NCBI GenBank assembly: GCA_041601945.1
Contig: JBFIHG010000005.1
Span: forward strand, 2,023-66,022
DNA from: Porticoccaceae bacterium
GTDB lineage: Bacteria; Pseudomonadota; Gammaproteobacteria; Pseudomonadales; Porticoccaceae
Direction: 5' to 3'
DNA length: 64,000 nucleotides
Below the pieces are notes generated by a model, which saw only the letters and a list, made by a program, of their open reading frames with translations, did not search any database and was not told where the DNA came from. Made by a program: the position numbers and the translations under genes. Positions 54,109 to 64,000 of the stretch are shown in pieces. Numbering within the stretch: the stretch's first letter is position 1; each line of letters begins with the position of its first letter.

Positions 54109-56877
54109 TCAAAGCTCCGCAATACGCTTTTTCTGGTCGTCCATTTTTTCAAGTGCCGTTTCTATTTCCTCGGCGCGGGCTCGTTCTTTGGCAACGACAT
54201 CCGCCGGGGCATTGGCGACGAAGCGCTCGTTGTTAAGCTTGCCCTGAATCTGCTGCAAATTTTTGTGCAGCTTGTTGATTTCCTTGTCGAGACGGGCGAG
54301 TTCCGCACTCTTGTCGATGAGCCCGGCCATGGGCACAAGAATTTCCATATTGCCTGCCAGTGCGGTGGCGCTGGCGGGCGCCGCGTCGCCGGGAGTTAGC
54401 CAGGTAACAGTATCGAGGTTGGCGAGTCGGGTCAGGAATTGACGGTTTTCATCGAGGCGGCGACGGTCCTCAGGGTTGCCATTTTTGATAAATATTGGCA
54501 GTGGTGTTTTCGGCGGAATATTCATTTCGCCGCGCACATTGCGAATCGCGAGAATAACCTGTTTGACCCATTCGATGTCCGCTACAGCAGCGGCATCGAT
54601 TTTTTCTGTTTGCGGTTTCGGAAAGGCTTGCAGCATGATGCTGTCGCCCTCGGCACCGGCAAGGGTTTTGATTTTCTGCCAGATTTCCTCGGTGATAAAC
54701 GGCATCAGCGGATGGGCCAGGCGCAGGGTGGCTTCCAGCACCCGAATCAGTGTGCGGCGTGTACCTTTTTTGAGGGCCTGCGGGGCGTTGTCGTCCCACA
54801 GCACCGGTTTAGATAACTCCAGGTACCAGTCGCAGTAATCGGACCAGATGAAATCGTAAAGGGCCTGCGAGGCGAGGTCGAAACGATAACTATCGATGCC
54901 GGCCGCAACGGCCTGCTCCGCTTCCTGCAGGCGGCTGATAATCCAGCGATCGGCGAGTGTCAGTTGATAATCGTCGCTGTCATCCTGGCCACAGTCCTGA
55001 TCTTCGGCGTTCATCAATACGTAGCGAGTAGCGTTCCAGATTTTGTTACAAAAATTGCGAAAACCGCCAATCCGGCCCACGTCGAATTTAATATCCCGGC
55101 CAGTAGAGGCGAGGGAATAGTAGGTGTAGCGCAGGGCATCGGTGCCATAGGCCGCAATGCCATCGGGAAATTCAGCGCGAGTTTGTTTTTCAATCTTGTC
55201 GCGCAGGTGCGGCTGCATCATCCCCGCAGTGCGCTTGCTGATCAGGGGGGTGAGTTCAATGCCGTCGATCAGATCAATCGGGTCGAGTACGTTGCCCTTG
55301 GATTTGGACATCTTGTCGCCGTGGCTGTCGCGCACCAGGCCGTGTACATACACGGTGCGAAACGGTACTTCACCCATAAAGTACAGGGTGAACATGATCA
55401 TTCTGGCGACCCAGAAGAAAATAATGTCGAAGCCGGTAACCAATACGCTGGTGGGGTGAAACATTTTCAGCTCAGGGGTATTTTGCGGCCAGCCTAGGGT
55501 GCCGAAGGTCCACAGTCCGGAGGAGAACCAGGTGTCGAGTACGTCTTCGTCCTGGACGAGGGAGATATCCTCCGGGATGGCGTGTTTTCCCCGGATGTCC
55601 TGTTCGCTGCGTCCCACGTAAATCGTGCCATCTTCGGCGTACCAGGCGGGAATACGGTGCCCCCACCACAACTGGCGACTGATGCACCAGTCCTGAATAT
55701 CCCTCATCCAGGAAAAGTACATGTTTTCGTATTGTTTGGGCACAAACTGAATCGCGTTGGTTTCTACGGCGGCGATGGCTTTCTCCGCGAGAGGTTTGGC
55801 GCTCACATACCACTGATCGGTGAGCCAGGGTTCGATCACCACCCCGGAGCGATCGCCGCGAGGTACTTTGAGCTGATGATCCATAACCTTGTCGAGCAAA
55901 CCGAGGGCATCGAGGTCCGCGACAATTTGTTTGCGCGCCTGGAAACGTTCCATCCCGCGATAAGCTGGTGGTACGTTGTCGTTAAGTTTGGCATCGCGAT
56001 CGAGAATGTTCAGCAAGGGCAATTGATGGCGCTGGCCCATGTCGTAATCATTAAAGTCGTGCGCGGGGGTGATTTTTACGCAACCGGTGCCAAACGCTAC
56101 ATCCACGTAGTCATCGGCAATAATCGGAATTTCCCGATCCGCGAGGGGCAGCAGCAGGGTTTTACCGATCAGGTGCTGGTAGCGCTCGTCACCGGGGTTT
56201 ACCGCGACAGCGCTATCGCCCAGCATGGTTTCGGGACGGGTGGTGGCGACGGTGAGATGGCCACTGCCATCGGCAAGGGGGTAGCGAAAGTGCCACAGGT
56301 GCCCCTGTTCTTCTTCCGCGATAACTTCCAGGTCGGAAATGGCGGTGTGCAGTTGCGGATCCCAGTTGACCAGACGCTTGCCGCGATAAATCAGGCCATC
56401 TTCGTGGAGGCGAATAAACGCTTCCTGCACGGCCTGAGAAAAACCGTCGTCCATGGTGAAACGTTCCCGGGACCAGTCCGGAGAAGCACCCAGGCGGCGC
56501 AATTGTTGCGTGATATTACCGCCGGACTCCTGTTTCCACTGCCACACTTTTTGTATAAATTGCTCGCGTCCCAGATCGTGGCGCGTCAATCCGTCTGCTT
56601 CAAGCTGGCGCTCAACCACCATCTGCGTTGCGATGCCCGCATGGTCGGTACCGACCTGCCACAGGGTGTTGCTGCCGCGCATGCGCTGATAGCGTATCAG
56701 CGCATCCATAATCGCTTCCTGAAAACCGTGGCCCATATGCAGGCTGCCGGTCACATTTGGCGGTGGAATCATGATGCAATAAGGCTCCCCGCTGCCAGAC
56801 GGTTTGAAATAGCCATTTTTTTCCCACAGCTCGTACCAGTGAGTTTCGATGGCCTGGGGGTCGTAGGTTTTTTCCAT
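54109..56877 (-). CDS. valS: valine--tRNA ligase
   Basis: A 922-aa protein. The HIGH motif is [14 protein letters not shown] and the KMSKS motif is DKMSKSKGN. The C-terminus is a coiled coil. Confidence 0.95.
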   Translation of the reverse strand: MEKTYDPQAIETHWYELWEKNGYFKPSGSGEPYCIMIPPPNVTGSLHMGHGFQEAIMDALIRYQRMRGSNTLWQVGTDHAGIATQMVVERQLEADGLTRHDLGREQFIQKVWQWKQESGGNITQQLRRLGASPDWSRERFTMDDGFSQAVQEAFIRLHEDGLIYRGKRLVNWDPQLHTAISDLEVIAEEEQGHLWHFRYPLADGSGHLTVATTRPETMLGDSAVAVNPGDERYQHLIGKTLLLPLADREIPIIADDYVDVAFGTGCVKITPAHDFNDYDMGQRHQLPLLNILDRDAKLNDNVPPAYRGMERFQARKQIVADLDALGLLDKVMDHQLKVPRGDRSGVVIEPWLTDQWYVSAKPLAEKAIAAVETNAIQFVPKQYENMYFSWMRDIQDWCISRQLWWGHRIPAWYAEDGTIYVGRSEQDIRGKHAIPEDISLVQDEDVLDTWFSSGLWTFGTLGWPQNTPELKMFHPTSVLVTGFDIIFFWVARMIMFTLYFMGEVPFRTVYVHGLVRDSHGDKMSKSKGNVLDPIDLIDGIELTPLISKRTAGMMQPHLRDKIEKQTRAEFPDGIAAYGTDALRYTYYSLASTGRDIKFDVGRIGGFRNFCNKIWNATRYVLMNAEDQDCGQDDSDDYQLTLADRWIISRLQEAEQAVAAGIDSYRFDLASQALYDFIWSDYCDWYLELSKPVLWDDNAPQALKKGTRRTLIRVLEATLRLAHPLMPFITEEIWQKIKTLAGAEGDSIMLQAFPKPQTEKIDAAAVADIEWVKQVILAIRNVRGEMNIPPKTPLPIFIKNGNPEDRRRLDENRQFLTRLANLDTVTWLTPGDAAPASATALAGNMEILVPMAGLIDKSAELARLDKEINKLHKNLQQIQGKLNNERFVANAPADVVAKERARAEEIETALEKMDDQKKRIAEL

Positions 56878-56965
56878 AAATTTTCAGCAGGTCGGCAGGG
56901 AAGTATTCAGGAATCAGCAAAGCGCGCAATTATACGGGCATAAACACCGAGCCACTAGGGAGCAG

Positions 56966-57370
56966 TCAGTCGGATCTGGAATCTTTGTGGTGCTGGCGCG
57001 CCGCCGCCAATCCGCTGACGTAATCGTACAGCCGAATCCGCAGCTCGTGCTCCAGGCGGGGTAGAAATTCCGCCACCAGGTCCTCGACAATGGCTTCGAT
57101 TTTCTCCACCTCGTGACTGCCGGGCAGGGGTAAATCCTGAAACAGAGGCGGCTGCTGGAAAGGTGATTCTTGTTCCTCGTCGCCGTTCTCCGCGCCATGC
57201 AACTCCGTAAGAATGGGTATATCCAGATCGTCCGCGTCGAGTTGGTCTTCGGGCAGCGCCACCAGATCATCTACCGTGGGAATGCCGTCCTCTGACGGGG
57301 GTGGCGCTGAGCCGCCGACGTTGCGGTGGAAAGGGTCGGGGGAAATTTTGTGCGGGGCGTCGTCGCTCAT
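56966..57370 (-). CDS. hypothetical Asp/Glu-rich protein between holC and valS
   Basis: A 134-aa ORF, 7 nt downstream of holC and 88 nt upstream of valS. Its N-terminal two thirds are acidic and low in complexity, and its C-terminus is helical. I recognise no family. Confidence 0.55.
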   Translation of the reverse strand: MSDDAPHKISPDPFHRNVGGSAPPPSEDGIPTVDDLVALPEDQLDADDLDIPILTELHGAENGDEEQESPFQQPPLFQDLPLPGSHEVEKIEAIVEDLVAEFLPRLEHELRIRLYDYVSGLAAARQHHKDSRSD

Positions 57371-57377
57371 GGTTTAT

Positions 57378-57821
57378 TTACGCAGTGGCCGCGGTCAGTG
57401 GAAGGCTTTGTTCCTGGAAGCCGAGGGGGTAACCGCGATCCCGGTAATAGCGGTATCGCGCCCGTTTGTGCTCGGTAACGGTGTGGTCATCGTAGACAAT
57501 TTCGATCAGCTTATCAAAACGACTGAACCAGTCCGCCGTGGTAGTGGGACACAGGTTGATTAATAACCCGTGGTGCTGGTGCGGCGTGTCACCCCAGCTA
57601 ATACTGATCGCATGGCGTGGTTGCGCAGCGACACTGTGGGCGGTAAGCGCCGCGCCAGGGTAGTTGGTCAGCAGTTGATCGAGCTGTGCGCCGACGTGGT
57701 GGTCAGGCACGTGCAATAACACGTCGGGGTGAATACTGGCAGCATTTACAGTTAGCTCACAGGCTAACGCCAACGCGCTTTGATAATCCCCCGGCACCTG
57801 ATAGAAACTAATGTGGGTCAC
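57378..57821 (-). CDS. holC: DNA polymerase III chi subunit
   Basis: A 147-aa protein starting MTHISFYQV. It occupies the pepA-holC-valS position typical of gammaproteobacteria. Confidence 0.85.
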   Translation of the reverse strand: MTHISFYQVPGDYQSALALACELTVNAASIHPDVLLHVPDHHVGAQLDQLLTNYPGAALTAHSVAAQPRHAISISWGDTPHQHHGLLINLCPTTTADWFSRFDKLIEIVYDDHTVTEHKRARYRYYRDRGYPLGFQEQSLPLTAATA

Positions 57822-57829
57822 GGCAACTC

Positions 57830-59314
57830 TCAGTCGGCCAGGTTGCGCAGATATTCCATTAACAGCGGTACTGGCCGCCCGGTCGCGCCCTTGGGCGCGC
57901 TGTTCCAGGCGGTGCCAGCGATGTCCAGATGGGCCCAGCGGTAGTCTTTGGTAAAGCGCCCGAGAAAACAGGCCGCGGTCACACTGCCACCGCCCTGACC
58001 ACCGATATTGGCCATATCCGCAAAATTACTTTTTAACTGCTCGTCGTATTCTTCCCACAGGGGCATTTGCCAGGCTCTATCGCCGGAAACCTGGCCGGCA
58101 GCGAGTAATTGCCCGGCGAGCTCGTCGTTGTTGCTGAACAGACCGGAGGCATGGTTGCCCAGTGCCACCACGCAGGCGCCGGTCAGGGTTGCAATGTCAA
58201 TCACCGCGGCCGGTTTGTAACGGGCGGCGTAGGTCAGGGCGTCGCATAAAATCAGGCGACCTTCGGCGTCGGTATTGAGAATTTCAATGCTCTGCCCGGA
58301 CATGGACGTGACCACATCGCCGGGTTTGGTAGCGGCGCCACTGGGCAGATTTTCGACCGCAGGTACGATGCCCACGACATTGATCGGTAGCGCCAACTCA
58401 GCGAGGGCCTGCATGACACCGAACACGCTGGCAGCGCCGCACATGTCGTACTTCATTTCGTCCATCTTGGCGCCGGGTTTAAGGCTGATGCCACCGGAGT
58501 CGAAGGTGACCCCTTTACCCACCAGTACCACGGGTGGCTGTGTGCGGTTTTTGGCGCCGCGATATTCCATGGCGATCAGAAAAGCCGGTTGTTCAGTGCC
58601 AGCGGTAACGGACAGCAGCGAACCCATCTTCAGCTCGGCCATCTGTTTTTCGCTGAGTACCCGGGTGGTAATCGCCGGGTGTTTGCGACCCAGGGCGCGG
58701 GCCTGGCTGGCGAGGTAGGCCGGATTACAGGTGTTGCCGGGTAAATCCCCTAGCAGGCGTGCGGCGTTAGCGCCGTTGGCTACGGCCGCGCCGTATTTCA
58801 GACCGGCCTTGATAGCTGGCAACTGTTTGGCATTCGGACTGATGACGGTGATGTGTTTGAGCCTGGACGCAGGCTGAGGTGTCGACAGGCTTTGGCTATA
58901 ACGATACTCGGATTCGGTGAACAGCCGCGCGAGTTGCTGAGCAGCCCACTGGTTATCGCCCTGTTCGATTTTAATAGTGGCGAGGTCGAATAGCGCCGAC
59001 GTGGCAGGTGTTTTACTCAATGCCTGAGCAGCCGCACGCATAATCTTCAAAAATCCCTGGCGGGAGATAGCATCCATACCCACACCGACCAACAGCAGTC
59101 GGTGCGCGGCAAGGCCCGCCGGCTCGTGCAGGAGCAGGGTATTACCGGCTTTGCCGTTGATATCGCCCGCCTTGATGCAGCGCGCAATCAAGCCACCGGA
59201 GGCCTTATCGACTTTCCTGGCCGTTGCCGACAAGTCTTTGCCAGAGGATATAGGCAGTACCAGGCAGTCAGTTCTGGTGGTAGCGACATCGACGTGGCGT
59301 GCAGTGAACTTCAT
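57830..59314 (-). CDS. pepA: leucyl aminopeptidase (M17)
   Basis: It shows the M17 motifs VGKGVTFDSGGISLKP and NTDAEGRLILCDAL. The length is 494 aa. Confidence 0.95.
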   Translation of the reverse strand: MKFTARHVDVATTRTDCLVLPISSGKDLSATARKVDKASGGLIARCIKAGDINGKAGNTLLLHEPAGLAAHRLLLVGVGMDAISRQGFLKIMRAAAQALSKTPATSALFDLATIKIEQGDNQWAAQQLARLFTESEYRYSQSLSTPQPASRLKHITVISPNAKQLPAIKAGLKYGAAVANGANAARLLGDLPGNTCNPAYLASQARALGRKHPAITTRVLSEKQMAELKMGSLLSVTAGTEQPAFLIAMEYRGAKNRTQPPVVLVGKGVTFDSGGISLKPGAKMDEMKYDMCGAASVFGVMQALAELALPINVVGIVPAVENLPSGAATKPGDVVTSMSGQSIEILNTDAEGRLILCDALTYAARYKPAAVIDIATLTGACVVALGNHASGLFSNNDELAGQLLAAGQVSGDRAWQMPLWEEYDEQLKSNFADMANIGGQGGGSVTAACFLGRFTKDYRWAHLDIAGTAWNSAPKGATGRPVPLLMEYLRNLAD

Positions 59315-59529
59315 GGTTCCCCCGAGACAAAGATAGATGAATGCTGGATAATCGCGATCTGGCTAGTGTATGCCAAGCGCGTCACCAGACCAACCGATGG
59401 CACGGCATTCGGGTGTCGTAAGCCGGTTATATTGAATAGTTACTGAGTGTCCATGGGGTCGTTGATGAATTTGCCGGTTGCACAGCCTGTGCTGAATATT
59501 CGCTTTCTGGGACACAAGGCCTTCGTGCG

Positions 59530-60633
59530 TTGATTATTTTTCGTTATCTGGCTCGCGATTTACTCGCAATTACCGGTGCTGTGTGCGCAGTACTGTTGCT
59601 GGTTGTAATCAGCAGCCGTTTTGTTAAATATCTGGCGGATGCCGCCGCGGGTTATCTGGACGCGAATATTCTGTTTGCGCTGATTGGTTATCGCATTCCG
59701 GGCTTTTTGGAACTTATTTTACCGTTAGCATTTTTTCTGGCGATTTTACTTGCCTACGGGCGTTTGTACGTCGATAGTGAAATGACTGTGCTATTTGCCT
59801 GTGGTATGAGTAAAAACAGGTTATTGGGTTACACCATGGCGGTTGCGCTGGTGATAGCGGTGCTGGTGGGTTGGCTGAGTCTGTCCGTCAGTCCGGGTGG
59901 ACTGGCAAAAGTCGATGCCCTGTTTCAGGCGCAAACCCAGCGCGATGAATTTGAGGGGGTGGAAGCGGGCAAATTCTATCAATTGCGCGAAGAGCGGGGC
60001 GTAACCTACGCGGAGTCGATCGATGCGCAGCGCAAACTCCATAACGTCTTTCTCGCTGAATCGGGCGGCGCGGCAAGCAAAGATCCACGCCTGGTGATCG
60101 TGGTTGCGACCAGTGGCAGTCCGCGCACGGCGCAGGCCAGCGGTGAAAATTATCTGGTGCTCGAAGACGGTTATCGGATTCAGGGGGTTCCCGGGCGTGC
60201 GGATTTTCAGGTGACGGCGTTTAAGGAATATGGCCAGCGCCTCGCGCGACCCAGAGAAAATAATAAACTATCCGTCAGGTCCCTGCCCACGCAAACACTG
60301 TGGAACTCCGACGATCCGAAACATATCGCAACATTGCAGTGGCGCTATTCGGTGCCGATGCTGGTGTTGGTGGTCAGTCTGATGGCAGTGCCGTTAAGTC
60401 GTACTAATCCGCGCTCGGGTCGGTTTGTGAAGATTTTGCCAGCGGTGCTGTTATACATTCTCTATCTGGTTGCGCTCAACGGTGCAAAAAGTTATCTCGA
60501 AGACGACAAACTTGCGCCCTGGATCGGATTGTGGTTTGTGCATTTTATTTTTCTCGCCGTTGCGGCGGGGTTACTGGCCTGGGATAACGGATGGCGTCCA
60601 CGTTGGTCATTGCTGCGTCGGTGGGCTGAATAA
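59530..60633 (+). CDS. lptF: LPS export ABC transporter permease LptF
   Basis: A YjgP/YjgQ-family permease starting (TTG) MIIFRYLARDLL. It is divergent from pepA and followed by lptG. Confidence 0.85.
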   Translation: MIIFRYLARDLLAITGAVCAVLLLVVISSRFVKYLADAAAGYLDANILFALIGYRIPGFLELILPLAFFLAILLAYGRLYVDSEMTVLFACGMSKNRLLGYTMAVALVIAVLVGWLSLSVSPGGLAKVDALFQAQTQRDEFEGVEAGKFYQLREERGVTYAESIDAQRKLHNVFLAESGGAASKDPRLVIVVATSGSPRTAQASGENYLVLEDGYRIQGVPGRADFQVTAFKEYGQRLARPRENNKLSVRSLPTQTLWNSDDPKHIATLQWRYSVPMLVLVVSLMAVPLSRTNPRSGRFVKILPAVLLYILYLVALNGAKSYLEDDKLAPWIGLWFVHFIFLAVAAGLLAWDNGWRPRWSLLRRWAE

Positions 60634-61694
60634 TGCGCCTGTTGTCCCGCTATGTTGCTACTACAGTGCTGGGTGCTATTGGCATCGTACTGTTGATCGT
60701 GGTCGGCATTGATTCGATTGCAAGTGTGGTGGACGGCGCGGGCGATATTCGCAATCAGTATCAATTTTCCGATGTGTTGTACAACACCTTGCTCGAAGTG
60801 CCTTCGAGCGCTTATATCAATCTTCCGTTTGCGGCCCTGATAGGGTGTCTGCTGGGCATGGGTTTGATGGCCGGCAACAGTGAGCTGGTGGTAATGCGCA
60901 CCGCGGGTGTATCGCTATTACGGATTGCCGGATTTGTCACGCGGCCGGTACTAGTGTTGGTGGTTATCAGTGTAATCATCGGCGAGTGGGTCGTGCCGTT
61001 TACGGATCAACTGGCAGAAAGCCGACGCATGGTATTGCGTGGCGAACAAAAAATGTTATCTGCCACTAGCGGGGTCTGGAATCGCGAAGGGAATGAGTTT
61101 GTGCATTTCAATGCTGTGTATCCCAACGGCCAGTTGCATGGCGTTACCCGCTATCAGTTTAACGCGGAACAACAATTACAAGCGGCGAGTTACGCCAAAC
61201 GCGCTACCTATATGGGTAGTCATTGGCAGGAAGAGCAGGGCGAGGTAACGCAATTTAACGAAAACGGCACTGCGGTCAGTACATTTGATGTACGTGAATG
61301 GCAGACGCCGATGTCGCCGGATTTATTGCAATTACTGGTTATGCCACCCGAATCTCTGTCCATGCGCAGCCTGCATCATTATGGAAATTACCTGGAGGAA
61401 CAGGGCCAGGAATCCGCGCGCTACTGGTTATCGTTCTGGAGCAAAGCCCTACAACCGGCGATTGTATTGAGTCTCGTACTGATTGCAATCTCGTTTATTT
61501 TTGGGCCGCTGCGGGAAGCCACCATGGGTTATCGGATTTTTTCCGGTGTGCTGGTGGGTATCGCGTTTCGCACCTGTCAGGAATTACTCGGGCCGTCGAG
61601 TATAGTGTTTGGTTTTTCGCCCTTCTGGGCGATATTGGTCCCGGTGTTGGTGTCGTGCCTGATTGGTGCGATTCTTCTGCGCCGTGCTGCCTGA
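60633..61694 (+). CDS. lptG: LPS export ABC transporter permease LptG
   Basis: A YjgP/YjgQ-family permease starting MRLLSRYVATTVLGAI. Its ATG overlaps the lptF TAA by 1 nt. Confidence 0.85.
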   Translation: MRLLSRYVATTVLGAIGIVLLIVVGIDSIASVVDGAGDIRNQYQFSDVLYNTLLEVPSSAYINLPFAALIGCLLGMGLMAGNSELVVMRTAGVSLLRIAGFVTRPVLVLVVISVIIGEWVVPFTDQLAESRRMVLRGEQKMLSATSGVWNREGNEFVHFNAVYPNGQLHGVTRYQFNAEQQLQAASYAKRATYMGSHWQEEQGEVTQFNENGTAVSTFDVREWQTPMSPDLLQLLVMPPESLSMRSLHHYGNYLEEQGQESARYWLSFWSKALQPAIVLSLVLIAISFIFGPLREATMGYRIFSGVLVGIAFRTCQELLGPSSIVFGFSPFWAILVPVLVSCLIGAILLRRAA

Positions 61695-61699
61695 TGGAT

Positions 61700-62236
61700 T
61701 TATTTCTTTTCTTTGGGTAATTCCACGACCTGTGTTTGCGTTACTTGATCGTGCCACGCGTCGCCGCGGGGGTTAAAAAAGCACCACAGGTAACCCGCAC
61801 CAAAGGCTACGAGCGCCAGTGGCGCCAGTGCGCTGCGCAGCCAGCACTGTTTCCAGGTTGGTGTTCCCCCGGCGCGGTTCTGTAATTGGAGTCGCCAGGT
61901 TTTCATCCCCAGGGTTTGACCGCTGCGTCGCCAGCACCAGCTATAGAATAGCGCCAGCGAACCCCACCAGCCGCTTAATAACAGATAGCGCCAGACTCCG
62001 GTGAGTGGCGTCTGGGCACTTTCAACCCCTGTGAATAGCACCCGCGCACCCAGAATTAGCCCCGCGTAAGTGAGGCTGATGGCGAACAGCAACAGGCTGT
62101 CGTACACCAGTGCCATCAGGCGACGGAGTACGCCGGCGACGCGTGGTTGTGGAATTAAATTTTCCGGCCTGTCGGAACTGGATGTTTCCTGCAAGAGAGT
62201 CTTCCCGTTGAGTAGCCGTATGCGGCACGCAGGCAT
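61700..62236 (-). CDS. RDD-family membrane protein
   Basis: A 178-aa protein. VAGVLRRLMALVYDSLLLFAI together with further TM helices and conserved R/D positions fits the RDD domain. Confidence 0.65.
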   Translation of the reverse strand: MPACRIRLLNGKTLLQETSSSDRPENLIPQPRVAGVLRRLMALVYDSLLLFAISLTYAGLILGARVLFTGVESAQTPLTGVWRYLLLSGWWGSLALFYSWCWRRSGQTLGMKTWRLQLQNRAGGTPTWKQCWLRSALAPLALVAFGAGYLWCFFNPRGDAWHDQVTQTQVVELPKEKK

Positions 62237-62386
62237 TTTAGCAAAAGTGGTGCCCTTGCGGCGACGGCTGCCACTTGTGTCGAACGGAAATATCCCGATA
62301 ATACCGCAGCGCCGCGTACGCTCATGGCGGGGTGTCAGTACGGTAATGAAGGTTTACGGGCCAGTTGTCTACGCTAGGGGCGGACC

Positions 62387-62917
62387 ATGCGGAAAAAATC
62401 AGAACATCTTCTCGAAACATTTATTTTTAACAGCCGCTGGATTCTGGCGCCCTTCTATCTCGGGCTGGTTTTTGCCATGGCCATGTTGCTGGTAAAGTTT
62501 GCCCAGGAATTTTTGCATATTGTGCCGCACATCCTCGACAGCTCGGAAAGTCAGATGATATTGGCGATCCTCACCCTGGTGGATATGTCCCTGGTGGCGA
62601 GCCTGTTGCTGATTATTGTATTTAGCGGGTACGAGAATTTCGTCTCCAAAATCGATACCGGGGGTCACGAGGATCGTCCCGACTGGATGGGTAAAGTCGA
62701 TTTTTCGGGACTTAAAATAAAATTAATCGCCTCCATCGTGGCGATTTCAGGCATCGAGTTACTCAAAGCGTTTGTGAATATTTCCACCATGACAGTGGAA
62801 GACATGGCACTCACCGAACGCCAGATGATGTGGCGCGTGATTATTCACCTGGTGCTGGTGATTTCCGGGGTTCTTTTTGCGTTGATGGATCGTATCGCTG
62901 GCACTCACGATCATTAA
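62387..62917 (+). CDS. yqhA: UPF0114 (YqhA) family membrane protein
   Basis: A 176-aa protein. SRWILAPFYLGLVFAM and the YENFVSKID segment are typical of the YqhA/TIGR00645 family. Confidence 0.75.
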   Translation: MRKKSEHLLETFIFNSRWILAPFYLGLVFAMAMLLVKFAQEFLHIVPHILDSSESQMILAILTLVDMSLVASLLLIIVFSGYENFVSKIDTGGHEDRPDWMGKVDFSGLKIKLIASIVAISGIELLKAFVNISTMTVEDMALTERQMMWRVIIHLVLVISGVLFALMDRIAGTHDH

Positions 62918-64000
62918 ATACGGTTTCCATCCGGCGGGGTCGACCACAGCAAACGCCGATCAATGGTGTGAATATCGGGCTTGCCAGCGAGAATCATATC
63001 GCGCTCCAGTTCCTGTCTGAGCAAACTCAGAACACGCTCGACACCCGCTTGCCCGCCCGCCGCCAGCCCGTACAGGTAGGGGCGTCCAATCATGCAGGCG
63101 GTCGCGCCCAGGGCCAGCGCTTTGAGCACATGGGTGCCGCGGCGAATACCGCCGTCCACGATAATTTCCACTTGTCCGCCCACCGCTTGGGCAATTTCCG
63201 CCACGCAATCGATGGGTGCGCGGGCCGTATCCAGTTGGCGCCCGCCGTGGTTGGAAATAATCACCGCCGTGGCACCGATATCCGCAGCGCGTTTGGCGTC
63301 CGCCGCGCACAGAATACCCTTAATGGCGAACGGCCCATTCCAGCGTTTGGCAACCTGTTCGGCATAGTCCCAGTTCAGTGCGCGATCAAATTGACTATTG
63401 ATATAGGCTCCCAGAGAACTGACTTCGCTGCTGCCCTGGGCCATGCGATGGGACAGGTTGGCCATGCCCAGTGGCGGCGTCGTCAGGTAGTGATAGCACC
63501 AGCGTGGGTGCGCGGCAAAACCGGCCAGAGTGCGCAGCGTCGGTTTGGGAGGCACGGTCATGCCGGTGCGCAGGTCGCGCTCCCGATTGCCCTGCACCAC
63601 CGTATCCACGGTCAGGCACAACGCGTTATAACCGGCGGCCTGACAGCGGGCCATTAATTCATCGTTGATACCGTGATCCCGTAGCACGTACAGCTGAAAC
63701 ATCTTCGGCCCCTGAGTTGCGCTCGCCACGTCTTCGATAGTGGTCGTGGCGACCGTCGACAGGGAATACAACGTGCCGGACGCCTGCGCTGCCCGGGCCA
63801 CCGCCATTTCGCCGGTGTGGTGAAAAAAGCGCGACATACCGGTGGGGGCCAGAATCACCGGCCAGTCGACATCGCTACCCAATACCCGGGTGCGCAGGTT
63901 TAAGGTGGTGACATCCTGTAACGCGCTGGGAACCAGCTGATAGCGGTCAAACGCCGCCGTGTTGTTGCGCAGACTAAACTCGTCGTCCGCACCACCATCC
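62914..64000 (-). CDS. FMN-dependent alpha-hydroxy-acid dehydrogenase (L-lactate dehydrogenase LldD-like), 5' end outside the window
   Basis: The minus-strand frame stays open from 63882 to the window edge (...ADDEFSLRNNTAAFDRYQLVPSALQDV...). It shows the motifs ISNHGGRQLD and IIVDGGIRRG. Its 3' end overlaps yqhA by 4 nt. Confidence 0.85.
   Translation of the reverse strand, partial: DGGADDEFSLRNNTAAFDRYQLVPSALQDVTTLNLRTRVLGSDVDWPVILAPTGMSRFFHHTGEMAVARAAQASGTLYSLSTVATTTIEDVASATQGPKMFQLYVLRDHGINDELMARCQAAGYNALCLTVDTVVQGNRERDLRTGMTVPPKPTLRTLAGFAAHPRWCYHYLTTPPLGMANLSHRMAQGSSEVSSLGAYINSQFDRALNWDYAEQVAKRWNGPFAIKGILCAADAKRAADIGATAVIISNHGGRQLDTARAPIDCVAEIAQAVGGQVEIIVDGGIRRGTHVLKALALGATACMIGRPYLYGLAAGGQAGVERVLSLLRQELERDMILAGKPDIHTIDRRLLWSTPPDGNRI

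Noticed and set aside
55582-56943. A 453-aa ORF antisense to valS. Similar long antisense or alternate-frame ORFs occur elsewhere: 62830..63657 opposite the lldD-like gene, 36423..37034 opposite the permease, 43636..44196 opposite korA, 47153..47803 opposite the HyuAB gene, 18890..19459 opposite chpA, 27001..27546 opposite gcvP and 2732..3274 inside dnaE2.
   Set aside because: Each lies fully inside a gene with unmistakable conserved motifs on the other strand or frame. Each has a low-complexity Arg/Gly/Ala/Pro-rich translation and shows no family signature. These are typical shadow ORFs of GC-biased coding DNA.
1-64000. A window-wide look for tRNA or rRNA genes, CRISPR arrays, IS elements, integrases, phage genes, toxin-antitoxin pairs or defence-system genes.
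   Set aside because: No non-coding gap is both long enough and structured enough for a tRNA or rRNA. I saw no spaced direct-repeat array. Every long ORF is accounted for by housekeeping, signalling or metabolic families. The scan was by eye only; tRNAscan-SE, Infernal, ISfinder and DefenseFinder runs would be the formal check.

Overview
This is a gene-dense chromosomal segment of a gammaproteobacterium with about 50 protein-coding genes. I found no rRNA, tRNA, CRISPR array, transposase, integrase or prophage gene. The lptG-lptF / pepA-holC-orf-valS arrangement at 54-62 kb matches the one I recall from Pseudomonas-like genomes.

Main blocks:
(i) A LexA-boxed imuA-imuB-dnaE2 mutagenesis cassette (0.4-6.0 kb).
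(ii) Five tightly spaced membrane/redox genes: TSUP exporter, small anchored protein, AI-2E permease, CPPC thioredoxin-fold lipoprotein and SAM methyltransferase (6.1-10.7 kb).
(iii) A sensor-less HisKA_3 kinase plus NarL-type regulator, followed by a Pil-Chp-like chemosensory operon. The operon holds a tandem-receiver PilG-like protein, PilH-like, PilI/CheW, an MCP, a ChpA-like CheA and two more CheW genes, with a convergent extra PilH paralogue (10.8-21.4 kb).
(iv) A TonB-C-domain protein, a cNMP-binding protein plus dinB, an aldehyde dehydrogenase and a stand-alone gcvP.
(v) Two tandem HD-GYP paralogues.
(vi) yciH-S9 peptidase-greB, a quinone oxidoreductase and an APC permease.
(vii) A Kv-type channel, a prpE-like ligase, a translationally coupled GltD-like flavo-FeS protein + korA + korB, a fused HyuA/HyuB enzyme and a DapA-family protein.
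(viii) Housekeeping genes: DUF899, nhaA, yajQ, CSD-DUF1294, valS, holC, pepA, lptFG, an RDD protein, yqhA and an lldD-like fragment.

I see no compelling stand-alone novel system here; the window looks like ordinary core genome. The best leads are the atypical Chp-like signalling array (no CheR/CheB, a receiver-like extension on PilG, three CheW genes, a duplicated PilH), the three-gene KorAB/flavoprotein module with its neighbours, and the uncharacterised five-gene membrane/redox cluster. All family assignments come from motifs read by eye and recalled family knowledge; no searches were run.
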